A DNA stretch of 64,000 bases, taken from NCBI GenBank assembly GCA_965263035.1, contig OZ253580.1:704001-768000 (forward strand), written 5' to 3'. Shown piece by piece: positions 34,740 to 44,468 of the stretch (its first letter is position 1; every line of letters begins with the position of its first letter). The stretch is from Acidobacteriota bacterium (lineage in GTDB: Bacteria; Acidobacteriota; UBA6911; RPQK01; JAJDTT01). Below the pieces are notes generated by a model that did not search any database, had not been told where the DNA came from, and worked only from the letters and a program-made list of their open reading frames with translations. A program made the translations under genes and the position numbers.

Positions 34740-35828
34740 TCAGCGGGGGACCAGACATCCGTCCAACAGGACATCCTGACCCAGTCTCCTGACCTTGAGA
34801 CCGGACACGCTGAGGGCATCGGCGAGGCGGTCGACCTTGAGTTCTCCCACTCCCGGGATGCCCCTGCTGCCGAGAATCTTGGGGCCATAGTAGAAGTGGA
34901 GTCGCTGGACAACGCCTTCCTGCAGGGACGATCCGGCGACCCGGCCGCCTCCCTCGATGATGAGACTGGTGATGGAATCCGTGCCCAGAGACTCCAGCAC
35001 CGCCGGCCAGGAGAGAAACGGCCCGCTTCGCGGGACCCGCACCAGACGGGCCAAGCTTGCAAGGGGACTTTCGGGCGGACATGGACAACTATGAAATATC
35101 CATACGGGATCACCCGAGTGGAAGAGTCTGGAACTCACCGGGGTCCGTAGTTGAGAGTCCAGAATCACCTTCCGGGTCCGCTTCCTCAGCCTCCACCGGA
35201 CGTCCAGGGAGGGGTCGTCCGCGAGGACGGTCTCTACTCCCACCAGAACGGCGTCATAGAGAAAACGGTGACGGTGCACGTGCTGCCTCGCCTTCTCGCC
35301 CGTGATCCACTTGGAATCACCTCCCGGCGCAGCGATCCTGCCATCCAGCGTGAGAGCCAACTTGAGCAGGCAGAAGGGTCTCCGGTGTTGGAGGAAAAAG
35401 AAGAAGGCTTCGTTGAGCCGGCGCGCCTCTTCGCCACACAGCCCCTCATGGACCCGAATTCCGTGGGAACGAAGGTAGCGCACCCCTTTGCCCGCCACGT
35501 GGGGCGAGGGGTCGGTCACGGCCACGAAGACCTCCTGGATCCCAGCTTCGGCGACTCTCTGCATGCAGGGAGGCGTCCGGCCCCAATGGGCACAGGGTTC
35601 CAAGGTGACGTACAGCGTGGCTCCTCGGGCGCGGCTTCCGGCCCGGTCCAGAGCGACCACCTCGGCGTGATGGAGTTTCTGATAGAGATGATAGCCCTCG
35701 CCCACGATCTGACCGTCCCGCACGACAACTGCTCCCACCATGGGGTTGGGACTCACCCGGCCGGCACCTCTCCGGGCAAGCTGGAGAGCGCGGCGCATGA
35801 AGCGGAGGTCAGCGGAGGAGGCAGGCAT
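34740..35828 (-). CDS. ribD: Bifunctional riboflavin deaminase/reductase
   Basis: SPNPMVG, HAE, TLEPCAHWGRTPPC, SKWITG, IEGG. Confidence 0.96.
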   Translation of the reverse strand: MPASSADLRFMRRALQLARRGAGRVSPNPMVGAVVVRDGQIVGEGYHLYQKLHHAEVVALDRAGSRARGATLYVTLEPCAHWGRTPPCMQRVAEAGIQEVFVAVTDPSPHVAGKGVRYLRSHGIRVHEGLCGEEARRLNEAFFFFLQHRRPFCLLKLALTLDGRIAAPGGDSKWITGEKARQHVHRHRFLYDAVLVGVETVLADDPSLDVRWRLRKRTRKVILDSQLRTPVSSRLFHSGDPVWIFHSCPCPPESPLASLARLVRVPRSGPFLSWPAVLESLGTDSITSLIIEGGGRVAGSSLQEGVVQRLHFYYGPKILGSRGIPGVGELKVDRLADALSVSGLKVRRLGQDVLLDGCLVPR

Positions 35829-35889
35829 GGGGTGTTGTCACCGGTCCTTCATCATTCACGGCAGCCCGCGGCGAGAATCACCGGCGCGA

Positions 35890-37164
35890 TCAGGGAAAAC
35901 CGGCCCGGGTTTCCGTCAACGCCAAACGGATTCGCAGGGTGTTGATCTTTCTCTGATCGGCGGTGAGAACCTCGACTGGGATGCCGTTGATGTCGGTGGT
36001 CTCGCCCGGATGCGGAACCCGGCCCATCTGGGAGACGACGACGCCCGAAACCGTCGTAAAGGGGGTATTTCCCAGGCTCAGACCCAAAGCCTTCTCCAGA
36101 TTCTCGATCTCGGCCGCACCCCGGACGATGTAGCTCCCTTCCCCCTCTGAAATCAGATCCACCAACTGCAACTCGTCTTCATCTCGAATCTCGCCCACGA
36201 TCTCCTCGATCAGGTCCTCGATGCTCACCAGTCCACTGACCGCCCCGTACTCGTTGATGACGATGGCAATGTGCTCGGCGCTCCTTTGCATCTCCCGAAA
36301 CAGGTCCGCCACCTTCTTGGTCTCAGGAACGAACAACGGAGGCGTCATCAGCAGCGTCACCGGTTCGTCACCACTTTCCGCGTTGAGGTAGGAGAGCAGA
36401 TTCCGCACGTAGACGACGCCCACGATGTCATCCAGGCCCTTTCGATAGACCGGAATTCGGGAATGCTTCCGGGAGACGATGAGATCCCGCATCTCGGAGA
36501 CGGTCGTGGTCTGGGAAGTCGCCACGACCTGGGTGCGGGGAGTCATGATCTCCCTGACCCGAGTGTTCCCGAACTCCAGCGCCGAAAGGATGAGGTCACC
36601 CTCCCGGCCCTCGATGATCCCCTCCTCCTCACCGACATCCACGTAGGCTTCAAACTCGCCTTCCGTCGATTCTTCCTCCTGGCCTCCCGTTTGGTCACCG
36701 TTGGCGGACGTGCGTTCGAAAGGCTTGAGCAAGGACGCCATGGGACGACTGATCCATGCCATGAAGGGATAACACCGGGAAAGCACCGGCACCAGGCGAA
36801 GCAGTGCCTGTTCCGGGTACCGGGTCGCCATGATGGGAATCGCCAGCAGAACCAACACAAAGGCCGGCAGAACCACCAGCAGCGCCCACCATGCGCCCTG
36901 AATCGGCCGGAGCTCAAGGAAGAATCCGGTGGCGAAAACGACGAGTGTGACCTGAATACACAGGAGCACGAGGCGAACCGGAAGCAGGAAACGGCTCCGG
37001 TCCGAGGTGATGATCCCCACGAGACCCGGTTCCTGAGACGACTCCCGCTTCGAAAGTATCCTGAGAGTCAGGCGGGAGATTCGAATGACGGCAGTCTCAA
37101 CCACCGAGAGAAAGAGGAGAATCAGAAGAGAGAGCGCCAACAACAGGGCGACCGCCCAACTCAA
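35890..37164 (-). CDS. HlyC/CorC (CNNM-CBS) family membrane protein
   Basis: N-terminal TM region, VREIMTPR, HSRIPVY, NEYGAVSGLVSIEDLIEEIVGEI. Confidence 0.92.
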   Translation of the reverse strand: MSWAVALLLALSLLILLFLSVVETAVIRISRLTLRILSKRESSQEPGLVGIITSDRSRFLLPVRLVLLCIQVTLVVFATGFFLELRPIQGAWWALLVVLPAFVLVLLAIPIMATRYPEQALLRLVPVLSRCYPFMAWISRPMASLLKPFERTSANGDQTGGQEEESTEGEFEAYVDVGEEEGIIEGREGDLILSALEFGNTRVREIMTPRTQVVATSQTTTVSEMRDLIVSRKHSRIPVYRKGLDDIVGVVYVRNLLSYLNAESGDEPVTLLMTPPLFVPETKKVADLFREMQRSAEHIAIVINEYGAVSGLVSIEDLIEEIVGEIRDEDELQLVDLISEGEGSYIVRGAAEIENLEKALGLSLGNTPFTTVSGVVVSQMGRVPHPGETTDINGIPVEVLTADQRKINTLRIRLALTETRAGFP

Positions 37165-37574
37165 AGAAGTTGAAACTCCCTTCTCAGCTGCACTTCCATT
37201 GATTCCATTTCACCTGAGTCGATCTCATGGTCATACCCCATGAGATGAAGAAGACCATGGAGAGCCAACACCTTCAATTCCGTCTGCAGACTTTTGCGGC
37301 GCTGCCGGCCGGCTGTTTCCACTGAAATCAGGATATCACCCAGGTAGGACTCCTCTCCCATGGGGAATGCGAGCACGTCCGTCGGTTCGGGCACTCCCCG
37401 GTAGCGACGGTTGTAAAGCCGGATTCCGCGGTCGCTGACGAGGACGGTCGAGAACTCCGCTTCGACTCCCAGTCTATGAGCAAGACGGCCCAAGAACTCC
37501 TCAAGACGCCGGGTCTCAACCAGGACCTTTTTCTGCCTATTGAATACGTGGATGTGGGAGTTGCTCTTCCGCAA
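37161..37574 (-). CDS. ybeY: rRNA maturation endoribonuclease YbeY
   Basis: NRRYRG...PTDVLAF, LGDI, HGLLHLMGYDH; start approximate. Confidence 0.93.
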   Translation of the reverse strand: MRKSNSHIHVFNRQKKVLVETRRLEEFLGRLAHRLGVEAEFSTVLVSDRGIRLYNRRYRGVPEPTDVLAFPMGEESYLGDILISVETAGRQRRKSLQTELKVLALHGLLHLMGYDHEIDSGEMESMEVQLRREFQLL

Positions 37575-39906
37575 TACGCTTGTTGAACCCGAATCCGGGG
37601 TACTCCACCCGATGGTGATACATGCCCCCGAGGACCCTTTCGAAGGCGGTTCCGATCCGGCCCAACTCCTTGATGGTGACGTCACACTCGTCGAACTGTC
37701 CGTCCTCGATGGTGGCCTGGGTCAAACGCTGGATCATGCTCCGGATCTGTCCCGGCCCCGGATCTTCCAGGGTGCGCGAAGCCGCCTCCACCTGGTCGGC
37801 CAACATGAGGACCGCCGCCTCTCGACTCTGCGGTTTGGGGCCAGGATAGCGAAACTCACTTTCGCTGACATCCATGCCCTTTGGCCGGGCGGCCTCCTTG
37901 GCCTTCTCGTAGAAGTACTTCATCACGCGGGTCCCATGGTGCTGCGGAATGAGGTCCCGGACCTTGGGAAGCAGCTTGATCTCGTCGGCGATGGCGAGTC
38001 CGTCCTTCACGTGACTGCCCAGGATGAGACTGGACATGCTCGGAGTCAGGTTGTCGTGCTTGTTGCCGGTGTAGATCTGGTTCTCGACGTAGTATTCGGG
38101 TGCCTTGAGCTTGCCGATGTCGTGGTAGTAGGCACCCACTCGAACCAGGAGATTGTTGGCTCCGATGGCTTCGGCTCCCGCTTCGGCCAGGGTGCCGACG
38201 GTGATGCTGTGGTGATACGTTCCCGGGGCTTCCAGGGCCAGACGCCGCAGGACGGGGTTGTTCAGATTCGAGAGCTCAAGCAGGCGAACGTCGGTGGTGA
38301 TCCGGAAAAAGGACTCCAGTATCGGGAGCAGCAGGGAAGCCAACATGGCGGCCAAGACCCCACTCAGGAGTCCGCTGGCTGAACGCAGAGCAAAGAGCAA
38401 CCAATCGAATCCCGCCTCCATGGAAAAAAGCTGATAACCCAAGGCGATCGCGACGTTGACCAGACCGATGATCAGACCGGCCCGGGTGACGACCGAACGC
38501 TCCCGATACTGGTCCAGGGCATAGATGGCCGCCAGCGAACCGGCCAGGGTGTAGATGACCATGAGACCTTCGCCCGTCATGAGTCCGACGAAGACCGCGA
38601 AGGTCAGGGCGTAGAAAACGGTCAGTGGAACGTTGGTCAAAAGAACGGCGATGATGGCGCCGGTCGCCGTGGGCACCACAAGATAGAAATCCACGGGGTT
38701 CCGGAATCTCTCGAACCCGATCCCCTCCACCAAAAAGTCTGCGAAAACCACAAAGACCTTGCAGACCACCAGCGTGGAAAGGAGCACCAGCGACAACAGG
38801 ACATGGTACCTGGGCGCCTCCGCCTTCCCCTCTCTCGCCATGACGGCATAGTGGCCCAGAGCGAACAGGAAGAACCCGACCATGATCAGGATCCCGAAGA
38901 ACTTCCCCGCAACCCTGCGCGGTTGCTTGATGCTCTTGAGACCGTTGAGCAACAGGATTTCCCGGGCCCCGACCTCGTCGCCGCTCCGGACGAGGGTACG
39001 GCCCTTACGGACCTGGACCAGAACCTGATTCACTTCTTCGGACGCCAAATTCTCCAAGTCTCGGGTGGCTCTCTCGTTGAAGCTGACATTGGGAACCACC
39101 CACGTATCCAGGAAGCTGATGACCCGCTTCTTGGCCAGCCGACCCACCGCCGTCAGTTCGTATTCGTTCTGCCGCAGGACGTCCCGAGCCTGCCCCAGAT
39201 CCCGAATCGCGATCCAATCGTCCAAGGGTTCCTGCCGGCCGGTGATGGCATTCTGGAGAATGATTCCCCGGTCGCGATAGAGAAGGAGAATCTGGCGATT
39301 GAGAATGACCCCCGGAGATTTCATCGATTCCCGGAGCACCGCCAGCATCTGGTCTTCCAGTTCGGAGGAGAAAGCCTGTGCGAGACAGATCTCCAGCACT
39401 TTGCCCTGGGCAAACCGGGGGAGGGCGTGGCTCAACTCGGAAAGCAGCTCGGCTTTCGCCCGCTTGGGGAAAGACCGTCTGTCCCCCAGTTGGTACCGCG
39501 TCCGGACGGCCGAGATAATTCGCCGGGCATCGGCAAATGCACTCTTCAACTCCGATTCCAGACGATGGTTGACGGTGAGGTCCAGATCGAACACACCGGG
39601 GACGCCCTGGATGATCTCCCGCTTCTTCTCATCGGTCGCCTCCAGGTCCACCACCTGGAAGTCGCGGGGCGCTTCGATGGTCCGATCAGCAATGACGCCC
39701 GCTTTGTAGCCGGGAATGGATTGGAACTGATAACCGGCCAGGACACCGGCGACCACTACGGACAGAATCAGGCCGGCCGAAAGCTGCAGCATCGTCAGTT
39801 GGCCCAATATGCTTTGGCGCCAATGCTTGAGGCCGAGAAACCGCCTCATCAGCAGGCTTCTCCGGCTGGAGCCGCTGACCGTCTTCGCACTCCTTCTAAA
39901 TTCCAT
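37537..39906 (-). CDS. 7TM-HD phosphohydrolase (PgpH-like)
   Basis: Extracellular domain, TM bundle, APGTYHHS, YYHDIGK, HHGT, FRYPGPKP, MLAD; start uncertain. Confidence 0.92.
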   Translation of the reverse strand: MEFRRSAKTVSGSSRRSLLMRRFLGLKHWRQSILGQLTMLQLSAGLILSVVVAGVLAGYQFQSIPGYKAGVIADRTIEAPRDFQVVDLEATDEKKREIIQGVPGVFDLDLTVNHRLESELKSAFADARRIISAVRTRYQLGDRRSFPKRAKAELLSELSHALPRFAQGKVLEICLAQAFSSELEDQMLAVLRESMKSPGVILNRQILLLYRDRGIILQNAITGRQEPLDDWIAIRDLGQARDVLRQNEYELTAVGRLAKKRVISFLDTWVVPNVSFNERATRDLENLASEEVNQVLVQVRKGRTLVRSGDEVGAREILLLNGLKSIKQPRRVAGKFFGILIMVGFFLFALGHYAVMAREGKAEAPRYHVLLSLVLLSTLVVCKVFVVFADFLVEGIGFERFRNPVDFYLVVPTATGAIIAVLLTNVPLTVFYALTFAVFVGLMTGEGLMVIYTLAGSLAAIYALDQYRERSVVTRAGLIIGLVNVAIALGYQLFSMEAGFDWLLFALRSASGLLSGVLAAMLASLLLPILESFFRITTDVRLLELSNLNNPVLRRLALEAPGTYHHSITVGTLAEAGAEAIGANNLLVRVGAYYHDIGKLKAPEYYVENQIYTGNKHDNLTPSMSSLILGSHVKDGLAIADEIKLLPKVRDLIPQHHGTRVMKYFYEKAKEAARPKGMDVSESEFRYPGPKPQSREAAVLMLADQVEAASRTLEDPGPGQIRSMIQRLTQATIEDGQFDECDVTIKELGRIGTAFERVLGGMYHHRVEYPGFGFNKRIAEEQLPHPRIQ

Positions 39907-40020
39907 GGAAGAGTCCGGAACCGGAACGGTCTCCGAGCGGAATGAAATGGACTCGACTCACGGTCGCATTTCCCCACGCCGGCCTTTTCATCCGCCGATT
40001 CTCCTCAAGAACAAGCCTAT

Positions 40021-41262
40021 TCAAGAATCGTGCCGCTTGAACAGCAGGCAGGCATTGGTTCCCCCAAAGCCGAAAGAATTGGACATAGCATACCGAATAT
40101 CCGTCTTCCGTGCCTGGTGAGGAACATAATCCAGATCACAGTCCGGATCGGAGTTTTCCAGGTTGATGGTGGGAGGAATGATCTGATCCTTCAGGGTCTG
40201 CACCACGATTCCGCCTTCCAATCCGCCGGCCGCTCCCAGTAGATGGCCGGTCATGGACTTCGTGGCGCTGACCGCCAGCTGACGGGCATGATCTCCGAAG
40301 ACCGTCTTGATCGCCAGGGTCTCGATCCGATCGTTTGGAAGCGTGCTGGTTCCGTGGGCATTGATGTAGTCCACTTCCTCGGGAGAGACCCGGGCGTCTT
40401 CCAGGGTCTTCCTCATGGCTCGGGCGGCACCCGACCCATCTTCCGGGGGAGCCGTGATGTGATAAGCGTCGCCGCTCATGCCGTAACCCACGACTTCGGC
40501 CAGGATTTCGGCGCCGCGTTTGCGTGCCTGTTCCATCTCCTCCAGAACCAGGATTCCGGCCCCTTCGCCCATGACGAATCCGTCCCGCTGGAGATCAAAC
40601 GGGCGGCTGGCCTTCTCAGGAGCGTCATTGCGCTTCGAGAGGGCCCTCATGGCGGAGAAGCCGCCCATGCCCATAGGGGTGATCGCAGCCTCCGTCCCGC
40701 CGGCAATCATGACGTCGGTCTCGCCCCGTTGAATCATGCGGAAGGAGTCCCCAAGTGCATGGGACCCGGCTGAACAGGCGGTGCAGGTGGCTGAATTGGG
40801 TCCCATGGCCCCGTGCCGAATGGAGACTTGGCCCGCCGCCAAATTCACGATGGTTGAGGGAATGAAGAAGGGGGAGATCCGGCGTGGCCCTCGGGCCAGG
40901 AAATTGTTGTGCTCCCGCTCGATGATGCCGAAGCCGCCGATACCCGAACCAATGAAAACCCCGACCTCCTCGCCGTTCTCGGGTGTGATCTCGAGACCCG
41001 AGGCATGCACGGCGTAATCACTGGCCGAAATGGCGTATTGAATGAAAAGGTCCATTTTCCGGACCTCCTTGACGCTCAGATAGCGGAGGGGATCGAAGCC
41101 CTTGACCTCGGCGGCAATCTTGGTTGGGAACAAGGAAGTGTCGAACCGGGTCACGTACCCGACACCACTCCGTCCCTGAAGCAACGCCTCCCAGGTGTCG
41201 GCCGTGTCCAGACCGACAGGCGAAACCATCCCTACGCCCGTTACCGCGACCCTTCTCTTCAA
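40021..41262 (-). CDS. fabF: 3-oxoacyl-ACP synthase II
   Basis: TACSAG, NAHGTST, KSMTGHLLGAAG, SNSFGFGG. Confidence 0.97.
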   Translation of the reverse strand: MKRRVAVTGVGMVSPVGLDTADTWEALLQGRSGVGYVTRFDTSLFPTKIAAEVKGFDPLRYLSVKEVRKMDLFIQYAISASDYAVHASGLEITPENGEEVGVFIGSGIGGFGIIEREHNNFLARGPRRISPFFIPSTIVNLAAGQVSIRHGAMGPNSATCTACSAGSHALGDSFRMIQRGETDVMIAGGTEAAITPMGMGGFSAMRALSKRNDAPEKASRPFDLQRDGFVMGEGAGILVLEEMEQARKRGAEILAEVVGYGMSGDAYHITAPPEDGSGAARAMRKTLEDARVSPEEVDYINAHGTSTLPNDRIETLAIKTVFGDHARQLAVSATKSMTGHLLGAAGGLEGGIVVQTLKDQIIPPTINLENSDPDCDLDYVPHQARKTDIRYAMSNSFGFGGTNACLLFKRHDS

Positions 41263-41310
41263 GCTGCCGTCGCTCCCAAAGTGCCCGTCGGAGTTTTAAT
41301 TATAAGGGAG

Positions 41311-41547
41311 TCACTTCTGTTGAGCGTCGATGTAGTCTACGGCGTCGCGGACGGTTCGGATCTTTTCCGCGTCTTCGTCGGGTATTTCCAGCTCGAAGTC
41401 CTCTTCGAACTTCATCACCAACTCAACCGTGTCCAGCGAGTCGGCGCCCAAATCCTCGACGAAGCGAGCATCGGCAATCACATCCGAATCGCTGACGCCA
41501 AGCTGGTCCACAATGATCGATTTCACCTGTTCCTCGACCGATGACAT
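41311..41547 (-). CDS. acpP: Acyl carrier protein
   Basis: [14 protein letters not shown]. Confidence 0.97.
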   Translation of the reverse strand: MSSVEEQVKSIIVDQLGVSDSDVIADARFVEDLGADSLDTVELVMKFEEDFELEIPDEDAEKIRTVRDAVDYIDAQQK

Positions 41548-41621
41548 AGCTCCTCCATTCATGTTTCCGATGATGATCGACTACGCGTTATCCTCGACCG
41601 ATGACGTGGCTCCTCCATTCA
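41513..41621. repeat. Degenerate 60-bp-period duplication of the acpP RBS and first codons
   Basis: tcctcgaccgatgac..gctcctccattca at 41531-41561 and 41591-41621; atgatcga at 41513 and 41573. Confidence 0.8.
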
Positions 41622-41685
41622 CAAAGCCAATGGGGACCCCTGGCACCGGGCCCGCGCCGGATACGGCGCGCAAGCTACGAGTGAA

Positions 41686-42429
41686 CTACATATACATGCC
41701 GCCGTTAACGTTTAGCACATGCCCAGTTACATATCCAGCCTCCTTTGAAGCCAGAAATCGCACTCCATAGGCCACTTCCCCGACGGTTCCGGGCCGCCGC
41801 AGGGGGATTGTGGCTTCAAGCTCGGAACGGGCCCGAGCGGGGAGACTACGAGTCATATCGGTGTCGATGAACCCCGGGGCAATGGCATTCACCGTGATGT
41901 TGCGCCCGGCAACCTCCCTGGCCAACGCCTTGGTGAACCCGATGATTCCCGCCTTGCTGGAGACGTAGTTGATCTGACCCGGGTTCCCGGTCTGTCCCAC
42001 CACGGAGGTCAGATTCACGATCCTGCCGTAGCGCTTCCGGACCATGCTCCGCAGCACCGCCCGGGTGACGCGGAAGACACCGTCCAGGTTGGTGTTGAGA
42101 ACCTGGCGCCAATCCTCTTCCGTCATCCGGAGCAGAAGCTTGTCCCGGACAATCCCGGCGTTGTTCACCAGAATGTCGATCCTGCCGAACTCCTCCAGTA
42201 CGCGTTTCGCCCCCTCCTGAACGGAGAGCGGCGATGAGATATCCATGGCGACACCCAGGGTCCGGTGGCCCGTCGCCGCTACGGCAGCCGCCACACCCTC
42301 GATCTCCACCCCCTTCCGCGAAACGAGGGCGACACTTGCTCCATGGATCGAAAGATCCTCCGCGACACGGCGGCCAATGCCCCGTGAGGCTCCAGTAACC
42401 AGTGCGACCTGCCCCGAAAAATCAAACAT
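41686..42429 (-). CDS. fabG: 3-oxoacyl-ACP reductase
   Basis: TGASRGIG, NNAG, YVSSK, PGFIDTDMT. Confidence 0.96.
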   Translation of the reverse strand: MFDFSGQVALVTGASRGIGRRVAEDLSIHGASVALVSRKGVEIEGVAAAVAATGHRTLGVAMDISSPLSVQEGAKRVLEEFGRIDILVNNAGIVRDKLLLRMTEEDWRQVLNTNLDGVFRVTRAVLRSMVRKRYGRIVNLTSVVGQTGNPGQINYVSSKAGIIGFTKALAREVAGRNITVNAIAPGFIDTDMTRSLPARARSELEATIPLRRPGTVGEVAYGVRFLASKEAGYVTGHVLNVNGGMYM

Positions 42430-43336
42430 AGGCTTCCACCTCGGCACGGTTCCCGATCCACTTCACTTCTGCACCGGGTATGATCTGTCGTATCAGACGA
42501 CTCAGCACCCGACCCGGCCCCACCTCGACGAAGGTCCGCGCTCCCAGTTTCCAAAGGACCTCCACCGAACGGCGCCATTGGACGGGGGCGATCACCTGAC
42601 GAATCAGACCTTCCCGAGCCGCGGATCCGGTGGTGACGGCGCTGGCGTCCACGTTGTTGATCAGAGGACAACTCAATTCTCCAAACCGGATGTCCTGAAG
42701 CAATGGTTTCAGACGTTGCCTGGCCGGCTCCATGAGGGAGCAATGAAAGGGGGCGCTCACGGGCAACGGAAGCGCCCGGCGAGCTCCCCGCGACCGGACC
42801 AGCCGGCAGGCTCGCTCCACGGCCCCTCGATGCCCCGCAATGACGATCTGCTGAGGAGAGTTGATATTCGCCGCGGATACGACCTCGCCCTCCGCAGCTT
42901 CATCGCAGACTTCCTCCAGCGGTTCGATGTCGAGACCCAGCACGGCAGCCATGCTCCCCTCACCCACCGGTACGGCGTCTTGCATGAAGCGGCCGCGCTG
43001 GCGCACCAGGCGAACGGCATCCGTAAACTCCAAGGCTCCAGCCGCCACCAATGCGGAATACTCTCCCAGGCTGTGGCCCGCAACAAAATCGGGCCTGCGT
43101 CCCCGTTCGCCCATCGCCCGCAAGAGAGCGATTGACGTCGTCAGAATTGCCGGTTGGGTGTTGGCGGTCAGCGCCAGATCTTTACGACTTCCGTGGCGGC
43201 AGATCTCGCTCAAGCCGAAACCCAACGCGGCATCGGCCTGGTCGAAGACCTCTTGCGCCGCCGAATAGGCCTCCGCAACGTCCACACCCATCCCCGGGGC
43301 CTGGGACCCCTGACCCGGAAAGACAAATGCGATCAT
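42422..43336 (-). CDS. fabD: Malonyl-CoA:ACP transacylase
   Basis: FPGQGSQ, GHSLGEY, VSAPFH. Confidence 0.97.
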   Translation of the reverse strand: MIAFVFPGQGSQAPGMGVDVAEAYSAAQEVFDQADAALGFGLSEICRHGSRKDLALTANTQPAILTTSIALLRAMGERGRRPDFVAGHSLGEYSALVAAGALEFTDAVRLVRQRGRFMQDAVPVGEGSMAAVLGLDIEPLEEVCDEAAEGEVVSAANINSPQQIVIAGHRGAVERACRLVRSRGARRALPLPVSAPFHCSLMEPARQRLKPLLQDIRFGELSCPLINNVDASAVTTGSAAREGLIRQVIAPVQWRRSVEVLWKLGARTFVEVGPGRVLSRLIRQIIPGAEVKWIGNRAEVEAYV

Positions 43337-43552
43337 GAAACCTCACGGCAGGAGGGTGGATGGCAAGGTGGTTCCTGGACAAGCCCCCGATTGGAGGAGC
43401 CGCGGGCACCCTTCCAACGTCCTCCGAGAAGATGCACGGAAACCCACGCTTTTTGCAGGCGCCCGGCCAACAAGCGGTGGCAACGGGCTCCCGGCGATCG
43501 GACGCGGGCCTTCACCGCGGTGGGCGCTGCACGGTCCGTCCGCCACGGACCG

Positions 43553-43735
43553 CTATGCCTCCCCCGCCTTGATGACCTGCCGTCCCTTGTAGTATCCACA
43601 CTCGCGACAGACGCGGTGGGGGAGCACGGTGCTGCCACAATGGCTGCAGGTGGCCAGACTCGGAGGCGTCAGGAAATCATGAGATCGCCTTCGTCCCCTG
43701 CGGGCCCTGGAATGTCGTCTCTTGGGATTGGCCAA
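43553..43735 (-). CDS. rpmF: 50S ribosomal protein L32 (Zn-ribbon type)
   Basis: ANPKRRHSRARR, CSHC...CREC GYYKGR; TTG start. Confidence 0.95.
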   Translation of the reverse strand: MANPKRRHSRARRGRRRSHDFLTPPSLATCSHCGSTVLPHRVCRECGYYKGRQVIKAGEA

Positions 43736-43804
43736 AGTCTCGTCCTCCGGCGGGCCGGGGCGCTCCATCCGCGAGTGACGCGGCGGAGGCCACGAACCGG
43801 CCGT

Positions 43805-44347
43805 TCACTGTTTGCGGTTCATCTTGAGCTTCAGATCGGCCAGCCTGGCCAGCCTGGGGTCCAGCGGGCGCCTGGAACAGGAACAGGACCCTTCGTTCAG
43901 ATCCTGCCCGCACTGATCACACAGACCTTCGCAGCTCTCCTTGCATACGGGCTTCATGGGTATTTCCAAAACGATCTGCTCGCCCACCGAAGCGCTCACG
44001 TCCAATTGCTCGTTCCGGTAGAAACCAACGGTCAAATCTCCAAACTCGAGCTCGATTTCCTCCCCTTCCTGGCTGACCTCCGGGTCGGGCTGATACTCCA
44101 GGTCGAACTCCTTGTCCAAGGACCAGTCAACGGGTTTGAGGCAACGGCTGCAGGAGACCTCCAGAACGGCCTTCACCGCGCCTGCGACCCGAACGGCATC
44201 GCCGACGACCACCAGTCTGACCTGGGCCCGGGCCGGGCGGTTCAAGGCACAGACCGATGAACCCAAAGCCAAGTCCCGATCGGTGATCGCCAATTCCAGA
44301 GAGAGGGGCTCTCCCGTCCCTTTCAGCCGCCCAATGTCCACGATCAT
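43805..44347 (-). CDS. YceD/DUF177 family protein
   Basis: CSRCL and PMKPVCKESCEGLCDQCG...DPRLA; directly upstream of rpmF. Confidence 0.92.
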   Translation of the reverse strand: MIVDIGRLKGTGEPLSLELAITDRDLALGSSVCALNRPARAQVRLVVVGDAVRVAGAVKAVLEVSCSRCLKPVDWSLDKEFDLEYQPDPEVSQEGEEIELEFGDLTVGFYRNEQLDVSASVGEQIVLEIPMKPVCKESCEGLCDQCGQDLNEGSCSCSRRPLDPRLARLADLKLKMNRKQ

Positions 44348-44385
44348 CCATTGTCCCCGGAACGAAGAACAGAATGAAGTTTCGA

Positions 44386-44415
44386 AATTTACTCCAAAAA
44401 CCGGCTCCTTGTCAA
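44386..44415 (-). promoter_or_regulatory. Sigma70-type promoter for yceD-rpmF-fab genes
   Basis: TTGACA-18 bp-TAAATT on minus strand. Confidence 0.6.
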
Positions 44416-44468
44416 GGGGGACCGATCCCGAAGATAGGGTTCAACCCTTTTCTTTTCAGTATTTTCCG

